From an uncultured Nitrososphaerota archaeon (GTDB taxonomy: Archaea; Thermoproteota; Nitrososphaeria; Nitrososphaerales; Gagatemarchaeaceae), in assembly GCA_963718895.1 (NCBI GenBank), contig CAVRAG010000004.1, positions 256,001 through 320,000 of the forward strand: a DNA stretch of 64,000 nucleotides. Reading direction: 5' to 3'. Of the stretch, positions 39,526-48,300 are shown one piece after another (the stretch's first letter is position 1; each line of letters begins with the position of its first letter). Under the pieces are notes generated by a model. It saw only the letters and a program-made list of their open reading frames with translations. It was not told the DNA's origin and did not search any database. The translations under genes were made by a program, and so were the position numbers.

Positions 39526-40665
39526 CTAGCCCGGTGGAGATGCTGTTACAGTGAAGGGAAGGATGACGCTGTCACCGAATGCGTCGAAGGCGACCATCGT
39601 GTAGTGGCCCGGGCTGAAGTGCTGGAACCCTGAGATCCCTTGTATCTGCGTATTTCCTTGACGGGGAATGCTCCAGTATCCTCCTATGTTGATGGTCGTG
39701 CTCAGCGCCTGGGAGGCGGCGAAGTCGTATACCGGAGCTCCGATGGATAAGCACAGCAAAGTGATTTGGCCGGTGCCGGCCGACGTGTTGGTGATCGAGA
39801 CGGAGAAGTGGATTGGGACGCCGTTTGACGGATCGTTCAGCAGCAAGGGGTCTCCAGACGAGTTGTAGACCATCACGAAGGCGGGCACCGGCGCGTCCAG
39901 CGGAGACAGCCCGCAGAACGGGATGTTCGGAAGGGTGTAGTACCAATAGCCCCCGTTGTTCGGGTTCGCGCCGTAGGGCAGAAGGGGATAGCCCGTGGTG
40001 TTGAGCTGCCTCGGGGCGTTCAGGTTGTTCTGCAACGAGAGCGAGATGGTCAGGTTGGTCCCCGAAGGCACCGTCGTGTTCCCCATCCCGAGGGACAGCG
40101 TCAGGCTCTCCTGGCAGTTCGTGTCGTGGGCCGACGGGCTGTTCGCAATCGACCCGCCAAGATCGCAGAGTTGCCCTTGGGTTATGACCTGGGTCACAGT
40201 GGTGGTAGTCGTCGTTGTCGTGGTCGTTACCAGGGGGATAGTTGTAGTACGTGAATCGAGGCCCTGAATCTGGTTGTACTCTATCGCCGACGCCGCGGCG
40301 AGGACGATCAGCACCACAACCAAGCCCGCAAGTATGGTATTCAGGTGCGGCACACGAATTGAGGGCCGCTGGAACGGACCACCCTCGCTCTGGTTCCTGC
40401 TCGCCTCCACAATCTGGAGAGCCTCCCTGCCTTCATCCGTGAGAGCATAGCTGCCTTCAGGGTTGAGCCTTACGAGGTCCCTCATCTTCCCAAGGTGGAA
40501 GGTGAGGAGGCCGTTGCTCTCCATGCCGGCCGCCCGCTTCAACTCCGAGTAGGCGAGAGGTTTGGCCGCCAGCTCCCGCAAAATCCGGATCCTCGTGGGA
40601 TGCCCGAGGGCTTCGAATACCTCCGCCTTGGAGGAGTTGAACGAGTCGTCGCTGTTCTCGGTCAT
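39526..40665 (-). CDS. ArsR HTH-TM-Thr linker-ectodomain transmembrane regulator
   Basis: SFNSSKAEVFEALGHPTRIRIL; ectodomain ends YTMVAFDAFG, homologous to 58481. Confidence 0.8.
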   Translation of the reverse strand: MTENSDDSFNSSKAEVFEALGHPTRIRILRELAAKPLAYSELKRAAGMESNGLLTFHLGKMRDLVRLNPEGSYALTDEGREALQIVEASRNQSEGGPFQRPSIRVPHLNTILAGLVVVLIVLAAASAIEYNQIQGLDSRTTTIPLVTTTTTTTTTTVTQVITQGQLCDLGGSIANSPSAHDTNCQESLTLSLGMGNTTVPSGTNLTISLSLQNNLNAPRQLNTTGYPLLPYGANPNNGGYWYYTLPNIPFCGLSPLDAPVPAFVMVYNSSGDPLLLNDPSNGVPIHFSVSITNTSAGTGQITLLCLSIGAPVYDFAASQALSTTINIGGYWSIPRQGNTQIQGISGFQHFSPGHYTMVAFDAFGDSVILPFTVTASPPG

Positions 40666-40785
40666 CGCATTCCACGCTGGAGAGAAGATGATTCAGTTGG
40701 GATATAATCCCTCGGTCGTTGTCCAACCGCCGTCGGATGTTCTGGTCTTTGATTCTACAGGACAAGAGTCGTTGTCTAAGGTGAA

Positions 40786-40809
40786 GGGGTTCATTGCGCC
40801 TCCGCCGGG
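40786..40809 (+). repeat. Motif A immediately after a minus-strand stop
   Basis: ggggttcattgcgcctccgccggg. Confidence 0.85.
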
Positions 40810-40815
40810 GCATCT

Positions 40816-41079
40816 TCACCAGTGAGGGTACGCACAGTTCCAGACGGAGTTCGACGTCAAAGACGGTTCTGGAAGACCGACTCCGCTGCCGCTGGGAACT
40901 TGGAGAAAATATCCGCCTACCGCGGCTCCGCACTGGAAGAGCGCGAACGAGGGTGAGACCCAGCCGATGTCCTGCGCGCCCGAACCTGCGTTCCTTCCGA
41001 CGGTCTGTACGAACGGGACAAAGATGAAGACGGCTATCACGATGACCGCGACAATTCCCCAGAGACGCCGGCTTCGCAT
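40816..41079 (-). CDS. Small single-TM protein (VP-SY family)
   Basis: FIFVPFV...VSPSFALFQCG; motif B variant at 41100-41122. Confidence 0.65.
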   Translation of the reverse strand: MRSRRLWGIVAVIVIAVFIFVPFVQTVGRNAGSGAQDIGWVSPSFALFQCGAAVGGYFLQVPSGSGVGLPEPSLTSNSVWNCAYPHW

Positions 41080-41154
41080 ACATCCGCCAATGAGAATCTG
41101 TGACTAATACGCTTGTCAGAACGCTAGAACCCTCTGTAGCAGCTTGTTTGGTTG

Positions 41155-41201
41155 GATGCCTAAGAAAGGCATGCCACGCGTGGGGTTAGTTGCACCTCCG
41201 C
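41155..41201 (+). repeat. Motif A with upstream arm (diverged)
   Basis: gatgcctaagaaaggcatgccacgcgtggggttagttgcacctccgc. Confidence 0.65.
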
Positions 41202-41257
41202 AAGGGTATGCAACACAGTCGCCGCGTTGCTCATCCTTGAGCACCTGTTCCGCCGTA

Positions 41258-41785
41258 TCAGTGAGTCGGACAGGTTGGCGCCGTGTCCAAGTGCGGGATG
41301 ACGCAGTAGAGAGTGGAATTGGTGAACCATGCAGTGTAAACCACGGTCGATTGATTCTCGGTTATCGTAGTGATGTTCAGCCCGCCCGTTGAGTCGGTAT
41401 GAGTTTCTGTGACTGTTCCACCGCCAATGACCGTGTCGTTGTGGACATAATAGTAGGTACCATTGTAGCTGATCAGTTCAACGCTGAGCGATGCGTTAAC
41501 CTCTGATGGAGGACAAGTCGCGGCGATTGCATCGCACAGTCCGATGAACGCAGGTTCTCCGTGGACGGTGACGTTCGCGTTGACGATTCTCAGGCCGTTT
41601 CCCGAAGACACTGTGTTGATTGGAAGGGATGCGGCGGCAGAGGATGATCCGCCGGGATTGGGTGACAAGGTCGACGAGATGGGCTCGCTGCTATACACCC
41701 AGTAGCCCGTCCCAACGGCCATGACAGCCAAGACGACGCCCACGGCTGTAATCGTTCTGGCGACTGCCCATCTTTGGTGCTCCAA
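41258..41785 (-). CDS. Membrane-anchored surface protein
   Basis: TM then Ser/Thr/Asn-rich body; start inferred. Confidence 0.6.
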   Translation of the reverse strand: MEHQRWAVARTITAVGVVLAVMAVGTGYWVYSSEPISSTLSPNPGGSSSAAASLPINTVSSGNGLRIVNANVTVHGEPAFIGLCDAIAATCPPSEVNASLSVELISYNGTYYYVHNDTVIGGGTVTETHTDSTGGLNITTITENQSTVVYTAWFTNSTLYCVIPHLDTAPTCPTH

Positions 41786-41813
41786 TCCAAGTCGTGTTTG
41801 AGAAGGTGATTCC

Positions 41814-41937
41814 TGATTAATAGTTTTGTCCGAACCGCGGCCGGCCCCGAGGCCGGAGCCAAGCCGTGCTCTTTCAACCCCAACATTATGATGAAATGCC
41901 CGGGCGGAGGTGCGATTCACCCTATGCGCATGGCACG
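41814..41937. repeat. Hybrid B|C site plus linker plus inverted motif A
   Basis: tgattaatagttttgtccgaac|cgcggccggccccgaggcc; remainder matches 10338-10420. Confidence 0.85.
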
Positions 41938-42002
41938 AATCATCCATTTCCGCTATCCAAAGCCGTAATACCAGCTCCCCCGCGCGTCCCGTCGGTGAAC
42001 GC

Positions 42003-43286
42003 ATGCAGTTGCTGCCCGCGCACCGGAGCTACACCCTGATTGCCATCGCGATAGTCATAGCCGGGGTGCTGGTCTCGGCGTCACTCTATGCGACCGTGGG
42101 TCAACCGACGAAGACTGTGACCAGCACGTCTGCGAGCACGGCTACCGAAACCACCACACAGACGGCCACTACGATTCTGACCGTCTCCGGCACGACCACG
42201 TCGACGTACTTACTGACCACCACCTTGCTTCAGACCACGACTTCGACCGCGACCTCTACCTCCACGTTGACCTCCACGGTCACCTCGACCTCCACCGTCA
42301 CCAGGAACGTGACTTCCGTCTATGGAGCGCCCGTCTCGACCATCATGAAGGACAACCTGAGTCTGCCCCCAAAGAACATCTACTCCAGCATGTTCATTGT
42401 TCCTTCGACGGGCTTGGTCTATGTCATCGGGGGAGCACACCCGATAATCCTCAAGGAGTCTGACCGCACGACCAGCGTGAACGAGATTAACGTGAGTTCT
42501 TACTACGGCGCGGTGAACCCGGTCACGAACACGATTTACTTCAATAACGATGGGTGCCCGCCGTGCACAGATTCGGTCGTGACGGTGGACGCCTCAACGA
42601 ACAGCATAATCGGGGGCATCAACCTTGGAACCTACGTCAACGGCATAGCGGTGAACGCGAAGACCGATACCATATACATGACCAGCGCAAACACGGATTC
42701 CCTGTACATCGTCAATGGCACTGACAATGACTTGATCGCTACGGTACCGATGGGCGGCGAGGCGTTTGGAGTAGCTGTCAACTCGAACGACGGGCTGGTC
42801 TACGTGCCTGTCTGCGTGGCCCCATTCCCGGGTTCGTTCGTCTGCTCTCCGTATTACATTGCCGTCATGAATGGGACCACTGGCGCGATCATCTCCAAGC
42901 TCTCTATTCCTGAGTCATCGATGCTGGCAGACCCCACCACAAACACGGTATACATGACGAGCGGCAACACGTTGCTGGCCATTAACAGCAGCGGTGGCAT
43001 TGTGAGGACCACGACCCTGAGCGCCTACTCCGTGAACTGTTACGGTTTGGCCATGAACACGCCGCTGAACCAGATATACGTCGCTTGCAGTCCTCCCAAC
43101 ATCCCGGGTGGTCTGGGCTCCTTCCTGGTAGTTGACCGTTCCACGGGAGACATCCTGAACTCCTTCGCCTACAACGGTGTGGGTGGGGCCGTCGTCTTTG
43201 ACCAGGCGAGTCAGACAATCTATCTTCTGGACCAGAACGGGTACGTCTTGACGCTGAGCCTCGCCACGCCCCCGATTCTCCCCTGA
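42003..43286 (+). CDS. Membrane-anchored YncE/YVTN beta-propeller protein with Thr-rich stalk
   Basis: Repeats AVNPVTNTIY, IAVNAKTDTIY, VAVNSNDGLVY; shared IAIAIVIAGVLVSASL leader. Confidence 0.8.
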   Translation: MQLLPAHRSYTLIAIAIVIAGVLVSASLYATVGQPTKTVTSTSASTATETTTQTATTILTVSGTTTSTYLLTTTLLQTTTSTATSTSTLTSTVTSTSTVTRNVTSVYGAPVSTIMKDNLSLPPKNIYSSMFIVPSTGLVYVIGGAHPIILKESDRTTSVNEINVSSYYGAVNPVTNTIYFNNDGCPPCTDSVVTVDASTNSIIGGINLGTYVNGIAVNAKTDTIYMTSANTDSLYIVNGTDNDLIATVPMGGEAFGVAVNSNDGLVYVPVCVAPFPGSFVCSPYYIAVMNGTTGAIISKLSIPESSMLADPTTNTVYMTSGNTLLAINSSGGIVRTTTLSAYSVNCYGLAMNTPLNQIYVACSPPNIPGGLGSFLVVDRSTGDILNSFAYNGVGGAVVFDQASQTIYLLDQNGYVLTLSLATPPILP

Positions 43287-43313
43287 AGCGAACAACAACT
43301 AGGGTTCTGTGTG

Positions 43314-43389
43314 CCGGTCGAGAAGGCGCATTGAACCCAACACGAAAACTCATACCCTAGGGAGAACAAGATGATCGTCACCGCCGGCG
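43314..43389 (+). pseudogene. Inverted motif A joined to decayed rpl10e fragment
   Basis: aaggcgcattgaaccc|aacacgaaaactcataccctagggagaacaagatgatcgtcaccgccggcg. Confidence 0.75.
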
Positions 43390-43426
43390 GGGTGGGGTCC
43401 ATCCAGACAACAGTTGGCCTAGGGGG

Positions 43427-43861
43427 TCACGGCTCCGAATCCAAAGTAGGCGTACCCAGGAAGACTACCTCGTCATCAAGATCTCTGAAGTGTTTGTCTC
43501 CCGTCACAACTTGAGCGCCCCACTGCCTGGCGGTAGCGAGCACAATTGAATCGGCCAGACCCCAATCCGGCACTTTCCGCTTTCTCTCAAGGTCTATCTC
43601 TCCGGCCTTTGTAGCTATCTCTCGGGTCAGGTCTAGGACGGTCGTCGATGAGGTTACGAATTCGAGCCTGCTCAATCTGCCTTCGGCTGTCTCGCGTCCA
43701 CCATCAATCTCTTTGAGCAGCTTCCGGCTCAGCTCAGCCATCACGACCGTGGGAGTCGCCGAACTAGCATCTTGTACATACCTCGTTGCGGACTTGCCCT
43801 TCGCCGACCCTGCGAAGTATTCAATCCAAGCGTAACTGTCGATCACATACTCATAGGTCAT
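43427..43861 (-). CDS. vapC: PIN-domain (VapC-like) toxin
   Basis: YVIDSYAWIEY, LADSIVLATA, TGDKHF. Confidence 0.92.
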   Translation of the reverse strand: MTYEYVIDSYAWIEYFAGSAKGKSATRYVQDASSATPTVVMAELSRKLLKEIDGGRETAEGRLSRLEFVTSSTTVLDLTREIATKAGEIDLERKRKVPDWGLADSIVLATARQWGAQVVTGDKHFRDLDDEVVFLGTPTLDSEP

Positions 43862-44051
43862 GGAACTCGGCCTCATCTTCGGCCTTGAACAGCTTCAAAC
43901 GAGGATTCGATCCAAGGAGCGAGTCCGGGGTTAGCAGCTTCTCCTTGATTAGCCCTCTGATAACCTCATCGTACGTCTTGGCTCCGGTCTTCCTCATGAT
44001 TTCTCGCAGCTGTTGCGCCGTTCTTTTGCTCGTTTGGATGGTCGTACTCAT
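43851..44051 (-). CDS. VapB-like (RHH) antitoxin
   Basis: STTIQ...KTYDEVIRGLI; overlaps PIN gene. Confidence 0.8.
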   Translation of the reverse strand: MSTTIQTSKRTAQQLREIMRKTGAKTYDEVIRGLIKEKLLTPDSLLGSNPRLKLFKAEDEAEFHDL

Positions 44052-44155
44052 ACCGTGACTATAGTTATAGCCATAGCCATAGATAAATCTTGAGGAGGAA
44101 GCTCCTCACGCGACTCTTCAGAGCCAGGGTTCGTCTGGCCTGTTTACTGGCTACC

Positions 44156-44189
44156 CCAGGCGGAGGCGCTATGAACCCTATACATGGCA
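44156..44189 (-). repeat. Inverted motif A
   Basis: ccaggcggaggcgctatgaaccctatacatggca. Confidence 0.75.
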
Positions 44190-44190
44190 T

Positions 44191-44622
44191 CTACTTTTCG
44201 CTATCTGACTCCTTCATTCTTATCCAGGTACGCTTGACTTCGGTGAAGTGAGGGTCGTCGGTGACGCATGAAACGCGGAGCCGCTTCGCGGTCGCCATGA
44301 TTAGGGAATCAGCCATCGGAATCCTCAGCCTGTGGCTGATCCTAGCGCCTTCCGCGGCAATCTCGGCGTCGACATCCATGATATCGAACTCATTCTCCAT
44401 GGTCGTGACCCTCACATCAGCGACCGACATGTCTTCGGACTCAATCGTCTGCTTGTAGACCTCGTAGATGCTGATCGAGGAGACGTAGGTCGTATCTGCC
44501 CGGTCGTAGATGGCTCTCAGTTCTCTTACGGTTCGCCGATCTTTGGATCTGAAGATGGCCCAGAAGTACCTTGTCTCGAAGAGCACACTGCCCTCATCCC
44601 TCTTCTTGCCGCATGGCGTCAA
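44191..44622 (-). CDS. vapC: PIN-domain (VapC-like) toxin
   Basis: LFETRYF, MADSLIMATA, TDDPHF; true start probably ~44586. Confidence 0.85.
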   Translation of the reverse strand: MTPCGKKRDEGSVLFETRYFWAIFRSKDRRTVRELRAIYDRADTTYVSSISIYEVYKQTIESEDMSVADVRVTTMENEFDIMDVDAEIAAEGARISHRLRIPMADSLIMATAKRLRVSCVTDDPHFTEVKRTWIRMKESDSEK

Positions 44623-44818
44623 GGCGATCGAAGGCTTCTTTCACGTTCCCCTTGCTCGTCCCCGCCAAATCAAATACTGACGGGATTTTTGTGAATACCA
44701 CCTTGCCCTCCACAGCCTCAACCTTCAGCCTTGTTCCTTCCTCAATCCCCAGCTTCCTTCTCACGTCCACGGGGATCGTCGTCTGGCCTCTTCTCGTGAC
44801 CACGACCTCTTGAGCCAT
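44594..44818 (-). CDS. AbrB/MazE-family antitoxin
   Basis: VTRRGQTTIPVDVRRKLGIEEG. Confidence 0.9.
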   Translation of the reverse strand: MAQEVVVTRRGQTTIPVDVRRKLGIEEGTRLKVEAVEGKVVFTKIPSVFDLAGTSKGNVKEAFDRLDAMRQEEG

Positions 44819-44919
44819 GCATTCTGACATGGATTCCTACCTTAAAATGATTTCCTACCTATCCGTTAATCCTACTCCTGGTTTTTCTTGGCGTCTTCTC
44901 GATATGTTAGGGTGTCCCC

Positions 44920-45042
44920 CCGGCGGAGGCTCGATGAACCCCAACACGAGATCATACCTTCAGCGAGAACAAGATGATCGCCACGCAGGCGCAGACAGGC
45001 TCCCGGTTTTTTTACATGCGAACCGCGCCTTGCCCGGAGGCC
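44920..45042 (+). pseudogene. Inverted motif A plus rpl10e fragment plus motif C (collapsed unit)
   Basis: ccggcggaggctcgatgaacccc|aacacg...gagaacaagatgatcgccacgcaggcgcagacaggctcc|cggtttttttacatgcgaaccgcg. Confidence 0.85.
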
Positions 45043-45275
45043 GAAGAGCCTCTTCCGGAATTGCGGTGAGGACGCAGAAGATTTGAACAACTTGATAAAA
45101 ACGCACGAAATCGATCTTGCAGACTTGCGTGCCCAGCTGCCGACGCTGGGGAAGATAGCAATCATGACAGAAGCAACGCAATCAGTTCGATCAAGTACCC
45201 CTAACCATATCAAGCATGGAGGCCCATGCTTTCTCTTCCACCCAAGACCAAAGAAATGAGGGCTGACCTCCTCGG

Positions 45276-45677
45276 TCACTCGCTCTTGTCAGCGCCAATG
45301 AAGGCTTGCATAGGTTCAACGGTCAGTCCGTACCGCTTGAACCTCTCGAAGTGCTTCACGTTTCCTGTGACCAGAGGCAAGCTGTTTGCTATGCACATGC
45401 TGGCTATCAATAAGTCCGGGTCCTCCACCACGGCTCCTTGACGCCTCAGTTCGCCGTAAATCCTTGAAGCTTCGCCTATGGCAGCATTATCAAGAGGGAG
45501 GACCTCGAGGTGTGATTCAACGTATGCCATGTATTCGGCCACGTCTTTCTTCAGGTAGGCCAATCCTCTGAGGAACTCGTAGAGTGATATGCAGGTTGTG
45601 TGAAGGCCGTCGAACTTGGAGATTCCGGCCTCGTACGCTTCAATGAGCGCGTCCGAATCTAGGACCGCGTCTTCCAT
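45276..45677 (-). CDS. vapC: PIN-domain (VapC-like) toxin
   Basis: VLDSDALI, DLLIAS, VTGNVKHF. Confidence 0.9.
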   Translation of the reverse strand: MEDAVLDSDALIEAYEAGISKFDGLHTTCISLYEFLRGLAYLKKDVAEYMAYVESHLEVLPLDNAAIGEASRIYGELRRQGAVVEDPDLLIASMCIANSLPLVTGNVKHFERFKRYGLTVEPMQAFIGADKSE

Positions 45678-45871
45678 GGTCTCCCCTCTGCCACCAGCCG
45701 CTTCAGCTCCATGACTTCGCTCTTGCTGAGTTCGGGAGGTTTCGCCGCTGAGAAGGCATGCTCGAAGAATTCGTCCCAGGTGAGCTGGTTACCCTCGGTC
45801 ACCTCAAGCGACCTCTTTCTCCTGGCGAGGAGGTCCTTCGTTCTTCTATCAACCGAAATGGTCGTAGACAC
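45659..45871 (-). CDS. VapB-like antitoxin
   Basis: STTISVDRRTKDLL..TWDEF; overlaps PIN gene. Confidence 0.7.
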   Translation of the reverse strand: MSTTISVDRRTKDLLARRKRSLEVTEGNQLTWDEFFEHAFSAAKPPELSKSEVMELKRLVAEGRPWKTRS

Positions 45872-46038
45872 GATAATTGCTAATCAATTGGTAATTGATA
45901 AACTTGACGAGATGAATCTTCCAGCGCCTAACTGCAGAAGACACATGCCGGGAACTTCAGGTCTACATGAAAGAAGGATAGAGGATGTCTTCATTCAGCT
46001 CTGCATATATACGAACCCGCGGCCATTTCCGAGGTCCC

Positions 46039-46677
46039 ATGAGGAAGGTGTACCTTTTCATGACGCTGAGCCTTGACGGCTACTTCGAAGGACCGGACCA
46101 TGACCTGTCGTGGCACAGGGTCGATGACGAGTTCAACGGATTTGCGATAGAACAGCTGAAGGATGCTGACATTCTCCTGTTCGGACGCAGGACGTATCAA
46201 ACCATGGAAGCCGCCTGGCCAAGGGCGGCTAGAGACCCCGCGACGTCAAAGCAGGACCTAGAAATCGCCAGTCTGATCAATAATGCCAACAAGATAGTGT
46301 TCTCAAGGACGCTCGACAGGGTCGAAGAGACCGAGAACTGGAAGAACGTCACGCTCGCTCGCGAGTTCGACCCCGCAGCGATAGAGCGCCTGAAAGACCA
46401 GCCGGGCAAGAGCATCTGGCTGGGCGGATCAGATTTGGCCGTGTCCTTCATCAAGGCGGGCTTAATCGATGAGTTTAGGTTCATGGTGGACCCGATTGTC
46501 CTGGGCGAAGGCACCCCGATATTCGAAGGGTTGCGCGGCAGATTGGAGCTCGAGCTCATTAAGACGCGCAGGTTTGACTCTGGCAACGTCCTGTTGTACT
46601 ACAAACCTGCCAAAAGGGAGCAAGCGATGGGTTCCAGGCGAGCATTCATTGACGGCGTTCCAAGCGGCCTTGGTTAG
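46039..46677 (+). CDS. Dihydrofolate reductase-like (RibD C-terminal) protein
   Basis: SLDGYFEG, LFGRRTY, GLIDEF, PIVLGEG. Confidence 0.88.
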   Translation: MRKVYLFMTLSLDGYFEGPDHDLSWHRVDDEFNGFAIEQLKDADILLFGRRTYQTMEAAWPRAARDPATSKQDLEIASLINNANKIVFSRTLDRVEETENWKNVTLAREFDPAAIERLKDQPGKSIWLGGSDLAVSFIKAGLIDEFRFMVDPIVLGEGTPIFEGLRGRLELELIKTRRFDSGNVLLYYKPAKREQAMGSRRAFIDGVPSGLG

Positions 46678-46702
46678 CATCTAGATTGAGATGCCGCAGA
46701 TA

Positions 46703-46721
46703 GAGTTCATTGCACGTCCGC
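46703..46721 (+). repeat. Motif A (diverged)
   Basis: gagttcattgcacgtccgc, ~22 bp after a minus-strand stop. Confidence 0.55.
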
Positions 46722-46743
46722 TCGCCATTTGTTTGGCGATTCA

Positions 46744-47025
46744 CTAGATGCAGGTGAGGTTTGATGTTTGCCCTGAGGATGGGAGCCACCAGAGATGACC
46801 GCCGGTGGGGACGTAGACCACTCCATAGTGCGACAACATATACGAAGCAGAGCCGTAGATCACCAGAGTCGGAGCCGGGTCGATTTCAGTGCCGATGCAC
46901 AAACCATGCTGTGAATACAAGTCATAGGTCGTGACTGTCGTCGGGATGATGGGAACGAGGAACAGGAAGGCCAACACACCAGCTGCACCGACGCAGGCTG
47001 CTACCACCTTGACGATGCGCTTCAT
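46744..47025 (-). CDS. Small single-TM protein (VP-SY family)
   Basis: FLFLVPIIP...GSASYMLSHYGVVYV..LWW; close paralog of 48301. Confidence 0.7.
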   Translation of the reverse strand: MKRIVKVVAACVGAAGVLAFLFLVPIIPTTVTTYDLYSQHGLCIGTEIDPAPTLVIYGSASYMLSHYGVVYVPTGGHLWWLPSSGQTSNLTCI

Positions 47026-47119
47026 GACGTCACCGCAGCCTCTTGGGAAGGCAGTCCTAATCGGCAGTTCTGACCGATGACCGAACTTGGAATCGGGTCG
47101 TCTGGTTCTTGGCGCTCCG

Positions 47120-47551
47120 TCATGCAATGCCAGCTCGGTAACCAAGGAGCGTCATGTTGTCGAAGTACATGTGCTGAATCGTGCCGTTGCCCGCAGAGAC
47201 GTCAACCTGGATTTGGCCGCTCATGTTCGGCGAGTAGAAGATTATCGTCTCGATTGAGGCTATGTTCGGTCCCCAGTCGTAGCCGAAGCTCGAGTATCGC
47301 TGGATGTGGTATTGGAGCCCGCCGGCGAGGGACTGGAACTGGGAGGTGTTCTCGATCATCGGAATGAGGAACGAGCCGAGGGACGATATCTGTCCGTCAC
47401 CGGGATAGCCGGGGTGCAGAGTCGGAGGGACCTGCTCGACCTGAGTACTGGCAGATGCCCCTGAGATGTTGAGTCCGACCGTAATCAGCAACAAGGTAAT
47501 AATCGTCGCTGCGGATATCGAGAGCGTCGCTCTGGCTCGGCGGGATGGCAT
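47120..47551 (-). CDS. Secreted/anchored protein
   Basis: Basic N-terminus plus TM; start inferred. Confidence 0.55.
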   Translation of the reverse strand: MPSRRARATLSISAATIITLLLITVGLNISGASASTQVEQVPPTLHPGYPGDGQISSLGSFLIPMIENTSQFQSLAGGLQYHIQRYSSFGYDWGPNIASIETIIFYSPNMSGQIQVDVSAGNGTIQHMYFDNMTLLGYRAGIA

Positions 47552-47640
47552 GTCGAGTGGGCAGACATGGCATCGGGGGTTAAGGTTCCTTCCGACCGTT
47601 CGGAATAAAGTATTTATCAACAGTTCCATCCTTTTGACCG

Positions 47641-48273
47641 ATGTCGCGGGCTTCCTTCGTCCTGGCAGTGGTCGTCGGGTTCGCGATCGCCAATACCGTG
47701 TTCCTGGGGGTCCACCTGGCGAGTCCGTCAGAATCGGGTCCCGCATTGCAAACCTCAATCACCAATCTTGGGACCGCCATCAACGGCTACTCGGCGGGTT
47801 CTCTCACCCCACTCCCGTCCACCACGCAGCCGGCGTTTCAGTTCCTACTCGCCAACTCTCCCGCCTTGTCCACGGCTAGCTGGGCTCTGGTTGGAGGCGT
47901 CTGGATCTGGCGGGGAAGGATGAAGTCGCGCTGGGAAGGCCTGGGCTTCGACTCGGGGATCTTCGACCTCTTCATCAAGATGAAGGGCGCCAAGACGAGG
48001 CTGAACCTCCTGGACTCGCTCTCGATGCCCAAGGACAGGCTGCAGCTCGCCCGGGAGCTCGGCCTTGACTGGAAGGCCGTCGACTACCACATCGTCCTGC
48101 TAAACAGGTATGGTCTGGTGCACGAGGACCACGCATTCGGGAACGTGAGGATGTACAGGCTCACGAAGCAGGGAGAGGTCCTGCTCCAGCTGCTAAGGGA
48201 GTTCGACAAGGGACCTCCGAGGGCTATTGAATCGGGTGGCGCGCCGGTTCCCTCTGCCTTGTCCGGGAGATGA
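47641..48273 (+). CDS. Membrane-tethered ArsR-like wHTH regulator (TM-loop-TM-HTH)
   Basis: KGAKTRLNLL...QLARELGLDWKAVDYHIVLL; motif B variant at 47598-47621. Confidence 0.75.
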   Translation: MSRASFVLAVVVGFAIANTVFLGVHLASPSESGPALQTSITNLGTAINGYSAGSLTPLPSTTQPAFQFLLANSPALSTASWALVGGVWIWRGRMKSRWEGLGFDSGIFDLFIKMKGAKTRLNLLDSLSMPKDRLQLARELGLDWKAVDYHIVLLNRYGLVHEDHAFGNVRMYRLTKQGEVLLQLLREFDKGPPRAIESGGAPVPSALSGR

Positions 48274-48300
48274 TTTGGGTGACAATCTGCATGCCAAGAC

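Noticed and set aside
2416-46721. CRISPR array
   Set aside because: Repeats are degenerate, modular and separated by 0.1-10 kb of genes, not by regular 30-45 bp spacers
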